Assembly (NCBI RefSeq): GCF_964246335.1
Contig: NZ_CAXTQF010000029.1
Span: 15,128 to 39,127, forward strand
Origin: an uncultured Jatrophihabitans sp.
GTDB taxonomy: Bacteria > Actinomycetota > Actinomycetes > Mycobacteriales > Jatrophihabitantaceae
Length of the DNA: 24,000 nucleotides
Direction: 5' to 3'
Shown here: positions 16,565-24,000 of the stretch, one piece after another
Position numbering within the stretch: the first letter of the stretch is position 1
Layout of the letters: every line of letters starts with the position of its first letter
Made by a program: the position numbers and the translations under genes
Notes under the pieces: generated by a model
What the model was told of the DNA's origin: nothing
The model's database searches: none
The model's input: the letters and a program-made list of their open reading frames with translations, nothing else

Positions 16565-17478
16565 AGCGAATCGTGCCGTTCGTAATTGCACTAGTCGTTG
16601 GATACGCGTGCGCCAACGGCATAGCGCTGGCGCGGGAAGCTCCCCCAGTGGGCAACGGCGGCGGTTACACGGGAACCACGAATCCGGGTCGAGTAACCGT
16701 CTCTGGAACCAAGACCGGCGGCCACGAGAAAGTCGCGGGCGTTGCGTCGTCTCGCCGGCCAGCGCCGGTCGGCGCTACGACGTTGGTGCGGTGTGGGGCG
16801 GGCGCGGCTGGTTCGCTTGGGCAACTTGGCGATCCGGAAGCACAAGGTGACGCGGCGTGGTGTGGGCAGATCACGCAACAGTGCGCGCAGTCGGCGACTG
16901 TGCCTGGCAACACCGACGCTGCGGTACGCGTGCAGAAGGGCACGGACGGCCGCTGGACGTACAACGGCCAGCAGTGCGTGGCGCCGCTGGCGCCGGCCAG
17001 ACCCGTGGTTACCGCGGCGGCGGTGCGTGCCCAGGCCGTCCGGCTGATCCCCGCGGCAGCGATCGGGCTCGCCCCGCGCACCGCGACGTTGGTCAACATC
17101 CAGACCGTCATGTGGGTCGACGCACCCGGCGCGCGCACGCTGCCCGGCGTGCGCATCCTCGGCCAACAGGTCACCATCACCCTGCGACTGGCGCAGGTGG
17201 TGTGGTCCTTCGGCGACCAGCACGGCGCGTCGACATCGTCACCCGGGAAGGCGTACGACCAGACCAACGCGCCGTGCCGCACCCGTCTGTGCCCCGGCTA
17301 CTTCGGTCACGTCTACGCCACTACGGGCGACATGCACCTGACCGCCACCGCACAATGGACCGCGGCGTTCACCGTGAACGGCGGCGCAGCGCAGCAGATC
17401 CCCGGCGCCGTCCCGGGCCCGGCCGCCAACGCGAACCTGTTGGTACGGCAGGCGCGCAGCGTCCTCGTTCCCAACTAA
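16561..17478 (+). CDS. Hypothetical secreted or membrane-anchored Cys-containing protein
   Basis: 305 aa. N-terminal hydrophobic segment MKRIVPFVIALVVGYACANGIALA. The GTG start overlaps the lipoprotein stop (GTGA at 16561..16564). Several spaced Cys residues. No family recognised. Confidence 0.6.
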   Translation: MKRIVPFVIALVVGYACANGIALAREAPPVGNGGGYTGTTNPGRVTVSGTKTGGHEKVAGVASSRRPAPVGATTLVRCGAGAAGSLGQLGDPEAQGDAAWCGQITQQCAQSATVPGNTDAAVRVQKGTDGRWTYNGQQCVAPLAPARPVVTAAAVRAQAVRLIPAAAIGLAPRTATLVNIQTVMWVDAPGARTLPGVRILGQQVTITLRLAQVVWSFGDQHGASTSSPGKAYDQTNAPCRTRLCPGYFGHVYATTGDMHLTATAQWTAAFTVNGGAAQQIPGAVPGPAANANLLVRQARSVLVPN

Positions 17479-17479
17479 G

Positions 17480-17539
17480 CGACTGTGCACCGCCTGCAGG
17501 GCGACACGCCGTCAAACGCGCGCAGCCGGTGCACAGTCG
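17480..17539. terminator. Inverted repeat between convergent genes (candidate bidirectional terminator)
   Basis: CGACTGTGCACCG (17480..17492) pairs perfectly with CGGTGCACAGTCG (17527..17539). The stem continues after one C-C mismatch with CTGC/GCAG. It lies between the stop at 17478 (+) and the stop at 17579 (-). There is no U-tract. Confidence 0.4.
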
Positions 17540-17578
17540 GCGGCTGCGGTGACAGAACCGGCACGAGCAAGCAGCAGT

Positions 17579-18567
17579 TCAGTCGGCGCGCCGCCGCCGA
17601 GCGATCTCGGCGAGAGTCACCGCGGCGGCCACCGAGGCGTTGAGCGATTCCGCAGCGGCCGCCATCGGTATCGAGACGGTCAGATCGCACGTCTCACCCA
17701 CCAGTCGCGACAACCCACGACCCTCCGAGCCGACGACGACAACGACCGGCTCGGTCGCCATCTCGAGATCGTCGAGCGATGTCGTGCCGTCCGCGTCCAG
17801 ACCGAGCACGAACAGGCCGGCGTCGCGGCAGTCCTTCAACGCGCGCACCAGATTCGTCACCTGTGCGACCGGCAGCCGTGCGGCCATGCCGGCCGACGTC
17901 CGCCACGCCGTCGCGGTGACACCCGCCGAACGCCGCTCCGGCACGACGACGCCCTGCGCGCCGAAGGCGAGCGCCGAGCGGATCACCGCGCCGAGATTGC
18001 GCGGATCGGTGACGCCGTCGAGCGCGACCAGCAGGGGCGGCACGCCCGCCTCGAGCGACTCGGCGAGCAGGTCCGGCAGCGCGTGATACGCGAACGGTGG
18101 CACCTGCAGCGCGATGCCCTGATGCAGCACCCCGTTGGTCCGGCGGTCGATCTCCGCGCGGCTCACCTCGAGCAGCGCGACGCCGCGGTCGCTCGCCAGG
18201 CGCACCGCCTCGGTGACGCGCTCGTCGGCGTCCAGTCCGTGCGCGAGATACAGCGCCGTTGCCGGAACCCCGACGCGCAGCGCCTCGGCCACCGGATTGC
18301 GCCCGACCAGCAGCTCAAAGGCCGGCGCGTCGCGTGCGCTGCGCTTCGTGTCGCCGCGATGGGTGGACGGGCGTGGGTCGCGGCTGCTCGCCTCGCCGCG
18401 ACGCTCGGCCGATGCCGCGCGCCGCGCTGCCGGATGGCCCTTGCGCGCGGACGCCGGTGGTGTCGGGCCCTTGCCCTGCAACTTCTTGCGCGACTGGCCG
18501 CCGGAGCCGACCTGCGGGCCCTTCTTCGACTTGCGGATGGCGCCACGGCGCTGCGAGTTGCCGGCCA

Positions 18568-18568
<1 letters not shown>
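17579..18568 (-). CDS. rlmB: SpoU/TrmH-family 23S rRNA (guanosine-2'-O)-methyltransferase RlmB-like, with a basic N-terminal extension
   Basis: I trimmed the track ORF to the ATG at 18568 ([17 protein letters not shown]...), which shares one nt with the cysS stop (TGATG), giving 329 aa. The C-terminal SpoU methylase core is [17 protein letters not shown]...[18 protein letters not shown]. The cysS-adjacent position matches the mycobacterial Rv3579c/Rv3580c arrangement. Confidence 0.85.
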
Positions 18569-19947
<1,379 letters not shown>

Positions 19948-19990
19948 CGCGCCATCGTACGGACGAGGGCGGTCGGGCCGATGTCCTAGC

Positions 19991-21127
19991 GTGGCCTGCG
20001 TGGACAACTCCCCGCTGCACCCGGACTCCCTCGTCGTCGCACTCGGCAGGCCGCACACCGGCGGTGGGCCGGTGAACGCGCCGATCGTGCTCGCCGCGCC
20101 CTACCGGCACGACCCGGTCGACAGCGACGCCGGCGCCAACCGCTACGCGCGGCACGACGTCACTGAGACCGTCGCCGCGTTCGAGACCATCCTCGGTGAG
20201 CTGGACGGCGGCCACGCCCTCGCGTTCGGCAGCGGTGTCGCCGCGATCGCGGCGGTGGTCGAAGGTCTGCCCGCCGGCTCGGTCGTGGTGGCGCCGTCGG
20301 ACGCCTACTCCGGCACGGTGTCGATCTTCGCCGAGCAGGAGCGGCTCGGCCGGCTGACGGTGCGCCGCGTCGATCTCGCGGACACCGAGGCGGTTGTGGC
20401 AGCCGTGGACGGTGCTGCACTGGTGTGGCTGGAGACGGTGACGAATCCGCTGATGGCGGTGTCCGACATCCCGGCGATTACCGCGGCCGCGCGGCAGGCC
20501 GGCGCGCTCGTCGCCGTCGACGCGACGTTCTCCACGCCGCTGATCGCCCGGCCGATCGAGCTCGGCGCGGACATCACCATGCACTCGGCCACCAAGTACC
20601 TCGGCGGCCACTCGGACGTGCTTATGGGCGCGCTGGTCGTCCGCGACGAACCGCTGGCGCTGCAACTGCACGATCGCCGCACGCTCACCGGCGCCGTCCC
20701 CGGGGCGCTCGAGGCGTACCTGACGACGCGCGGGATCCGCACGCTGGCGCTACGGATGGACCGCGCGCAGGCCAATGCAGGCGAACTCGCCCGGCGCCTT
20801 GCCGACCACCCGCGCGTCACCCGCGTGCGCTACCCCGGCTTGCCCGACGACCCTGGCCACGCCGTCGCCGCCCGCGACCACAACGGTTTCGGCGCGATGC
20901 TGGGCATCGAGATCGACGGCAGCGCCGACGACGCGGAGCAGGTGTGCACCGCACTGCGGCTGATCACACACGCCACCAGCCTGGGCGGCGTCGAGTCGCT
21001 GATCGAGCGCCGCGCGCGGCACCCCGTCGACGCCGCGTTCGGCACGCCCGAGCAGCTGCTGCGGTTGTCGGTGGGCATCGAGAACGTCGACGATCTCTGG
21101 GCCGATCTCGGCCGAGCGCTCGGCTGA
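19991..21127 (+). CDS. PLP-dependent Cys/Met-metabolism enzyme (cystathionine gamma-lyase/gamma-synthase family)
   Basis: 378 aa. PLP-lysine motif SATKYLGGHSDVLMGA. C-terminal SLGGVESLIE...LLRLSVGIE is typical of the family. Start is GTG at 19991 or GTG at 20000. Confidence 0.85.
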   Translation: MACVDNSPLHPDSLVVALGRPHTGGGPVNAPIVLAAPYRHDPVDSDAGANRYARHDVTETVAAFETILGELDGGHALAFGSGVAAIAAVVEGLPAGSVVVAPSDAYSGTVSIFAEQERLGRLTVRRVDLADTEAVVAAVDGAALVWLETVTNPLMAVSDIPAITAAARQAGALVAVDATFSTPLIARPIELGADITMHSATKYLGGHSDVLMGALVVRDEPLALQLHDRRTLTGAVPGALEAYLTTRGIRTLALRMDRAQANAGELARRLADHPRVTRVRYPGLPDDPGHAVAARDHNGFGAMLGIEIDGSADDAEQVCTALRLITHATSLGGVESLIERRARHPVDAAFGTPEQLLRLSVGIENVDDLWADLGRALG

Positions 21128-21142
21128 CGCCCAGGCGTCAGC
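21123..21142. terminator. Short palindrome spanning both convergent stop codons
   Basis: GCTGACGCC-CA-GGCGTCAGC. It contains the TGA of the plus-strand gene (21125..21127) and the TGA of xylA (complement of 21138..21140). Confidence 0.3.
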
Positions 21143-22325
21143 GCGCTGCGAGCAGGTGGTCGACGGCCAGCTGGTTCAGCCGCACGAAGCCGTAGCCGCG
21201 CTCCCCGGCGGCCTGCGGATCGAAGTCCTCGTATGCGCTCGCGTCGGCGAGCAGATCCCTCGTCGTCTCCCCGGCGGCGAGCGTGGGTTCACGCAGCGAC
21301 GGCACTCCCGCGCGCTCGAGCGCCTCCTGCACCTGCGGGTCGGCCCGGTAGGCCTGCGCGCGTTCGCGCAGCACCAGGTACATGCGCATGCACGCGGCCG
21401 CCGACTCCCACACCCCGGCGATGTCCTCGGTGCGCGACGGCTTGTAGTCGAAGTGCCGCGGCCCGGTGTACGCCGGACCACCACCCGGCGCGCCGTGCTC
21501 GAGCAGGTCGACGAGGTGGAAGGCGTTGAGCAGATCGCCGTGCCCGAACACGAGGTCCTGGTCGAACTTGATGCCGCGCTGGCCGTTGAGGTCGATGTGG
21601 AACAACTTGCCGGCCCACAACGCCTGCGCGATGCCGGCCGCGAAGTTCAGCCCGGCCATCTGCTCGTGCCCGACCTCAGGGTTCACGCCCACCATGTCGG
21701 CGTGCTCCAGGCCGGCGATGAACGCGAGCGCGTGGCCGACCGTCGGCAGCAGGATGTCGCCGCGCGGCTCGTTGGGCTTGGGCTCGAGCGCGAAGCGCAG
21801 GTCGTAGCCCCGCTCGACGACGTAACCGGCGAACAGGTCGATCGCCTCGCGATAGCGGTCGAGCGCGGCCTGCACGTCCTTCGCGCCGTCGTACTCCGAA
21901 CCCTCGCGACCGCCCCAGAAGACGTAAGTCTGCGCGCCGAGTTCGGCGGCGAGATCGAGGTTGCGCAGCACCTTGCGCACGGCGTACCGGCGCACCGACC
22001 GGTCGTTGCTGGTGAACCCGCCGTCCTTGAACACGGGGTGGGTGAACAGATTCGTCGTCATCATCGGCACGGTCAGCCCGGTGTCGCCGAGCGCCTGGCG
22101 GAAGCGCGCGACGAGCCTGTCCCGTTCGGCGGCCGAGCTGCCGAACGGGATCAGGTCGTCGTCGTGGAAGGTCACCCCCCACGCGCCCAGCTCGGTGAGC
22201 CGGTGCACCGCCTCGACGGGATCCAGCGCCGGCCGGGTCGGGTCGCCGAACGGGTCGTTGGCCCGCCAGCCGACGGTCCAGAGGCCGAAACTGAAGTGGT
22301 CGTCGCGGGTCGGGGTGGGGGTCAT
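21138..22325 (-). CDS. xylA: Xylose isomerase, class I (actinobacterial type)
   Basis: 395 aa. Hallmark motifs [22 protein letters not shown] and [16 protein letters not shown]. Confidence 0.93.
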   Translation of the reverse strand: MTPTPTRDDHFSFGLWTVGWRANDPFGDPTRPALDPVEAVHRLTELGAWGVTFHDDDLIPFGSSAAERDRLVARFRQALGDTGLTVPMMTTNLFTHPVFKDGGFTSNDRSVRRYAVRKVLRNLDLAAELGAQTYVFWGGREGSEYDGAKDVQAALDRYREAIDLFAGYVVERGYDLRFALEPKPNEPRGDILLPTVGHALAFIAGLEHADMVGVNPEVGHEQMAGLNFAAGIAQALWAGKLFHIDLNGQRGIKFDQDLVFGHGDLLNAFHLVDLLEHGAPGGGPAYTGPRHFDYKPSRTEDIAGVWESAAACMRMYLVLRERAQAYRADPQVQEALERAGVPSLREPTLAAGETTRDLLADASAYEDFDPQAAGERGYGFVRLNQLAVDHLLAAR

Positions 22326-22355
22326 GCGTGTCCCTTTTCCGGCTGGACGCCGCGT

Positions 22356-22826
22356 CTAACGGGTCAGCAGCGCGGTGGCGATCGCGGCGCGCCCCGCACC
22401 GCGGCCGGTCAGACCGAGGCCGTCGGTGGTCGTCGCCGCCAGCGAGACGGGCGCGCCCGCCGCGGCGCTCAGCGTCGCCTGCGCCTCGGCCCGGCGCGGC
22501 CCGATCTTGGGCTCGTTGCCGATCATCTGGACCGCGACGTTGCCGATCCGCCACCCCGAGTCTGAGATCAGCCGCACGACCTCGCGCAGCAGCGTCACCC
22601 CGGCCGCCCCGGCCCAGCGCGGGTCATCGGTGCCGAACACTGCACCGAGATCGCCCATCGCCGCGGCGGACAGCAGCGCGTCGCACGCGGCGTGGGACGC
22701 GACGTCACCGTCGGAGTGGCCGGCACATCCGTCCACGCCAGGCCAGAGCAGCCCGGCGAGCCAGCAGTCCCGGCCGGGCTCGACCGGGTGGACGTCGACG
22801 CCGACGCCGGTGCGCAGCTCGGGCAC
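22356..22826 (-). CDS. ispF: 2-C-methyl-D-erythritol 2,4-cyclodiphosphate synthase
   Basis: 156 aa. [24 protein letters not shown], and [13 protein letters not shown]. From memory it is colinear with mycobacterial IspF. The GTG start at 22826 directly abuts the upstream stop. Confidence 0.93.
   Translation of the reverse strand: MPELRTGVGVDVHPVEPGRDCWLAGLLWPGVDGCAGHSDGDVASHAACDALLSAAAMGDLGAVFGTDDPRWAGAAGVTLLREVVRLISDSGWRIGNVAVQMIGNEPKIGPRRAEAQATLSAAAGAPVSLAATTTDGLGLTGRGAGRAAIATALLTR

Positions 22827-24000
<1,174 letters not shown>

Noticed and set aside
17671-17693. GAGAC-N13-GTCTC inside rlmB, as a possible extra copy of the dyad
   Set aside because: The half-sites are in the opposite order with a 13-nt spacer, and they lie inside coding sequence. 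It does not match the 5-N5-5 geometry of the intergenic copies.

Overview
High-GC actinobacterial chromosomal window, with Mycobacteriales/Pseudonocardiales-like synteny around ispF, cysS and rlmB. The left 60% (about 54..14400) is an accessory-looking catabolic block. Its core is a complete soluble di-iron monooxygenase (SDIMO) operon of the propane/acetone type (MimABCD/PrmABCD-like) on the minus strand: large subunit, reductase, small subunit, coupling protein, amidohydrolase, DUF59 protein, Zn-alcohol dehydrogenase and a dedicated GroEL-like chaperonin. An Nramp (MntH) metal importer follows only 6 nt later. Upstream lie an unannotatable 94-aa ORF and a divergent NtrC/AcoR-like regulator (GAF, degenerate AAA+, Fis-HTH; MimR-like). 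Next come a 69-aa membrane peptide, a GPR1/FUN34/YaaH (SatP-type) acetate-channel homologue and a short stand-alone BLUF blue-light photoreceptor. The most interesting signal not explained by gene calls is a 15-bp dyad, GTCTC-N5-GAGAC. It has 4 perfect and 2 one-mismatch copies, and every copy I found is intergenic, in front of or between these genes. This suggests one operator/UAS regulon linking the monooxygenase operon, its regulator, the acetate-channel gene and the BLUF gene. A tRNA-Thr(UGU) at 14669..14742 separates this block from housekeeping genes: an acyltransferase, a lipoprotein/secreted-protein pair, rlmB, cysS, a Cys/Met PLP enzyme, xylA, ispF and a partial acyl-CoA ligase. I saw no CRISPR arrays, IS elements, integrases or rRNA genes. 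Many long ORFs in the six-frame track are high-GC shadow ORFs and were rejected.
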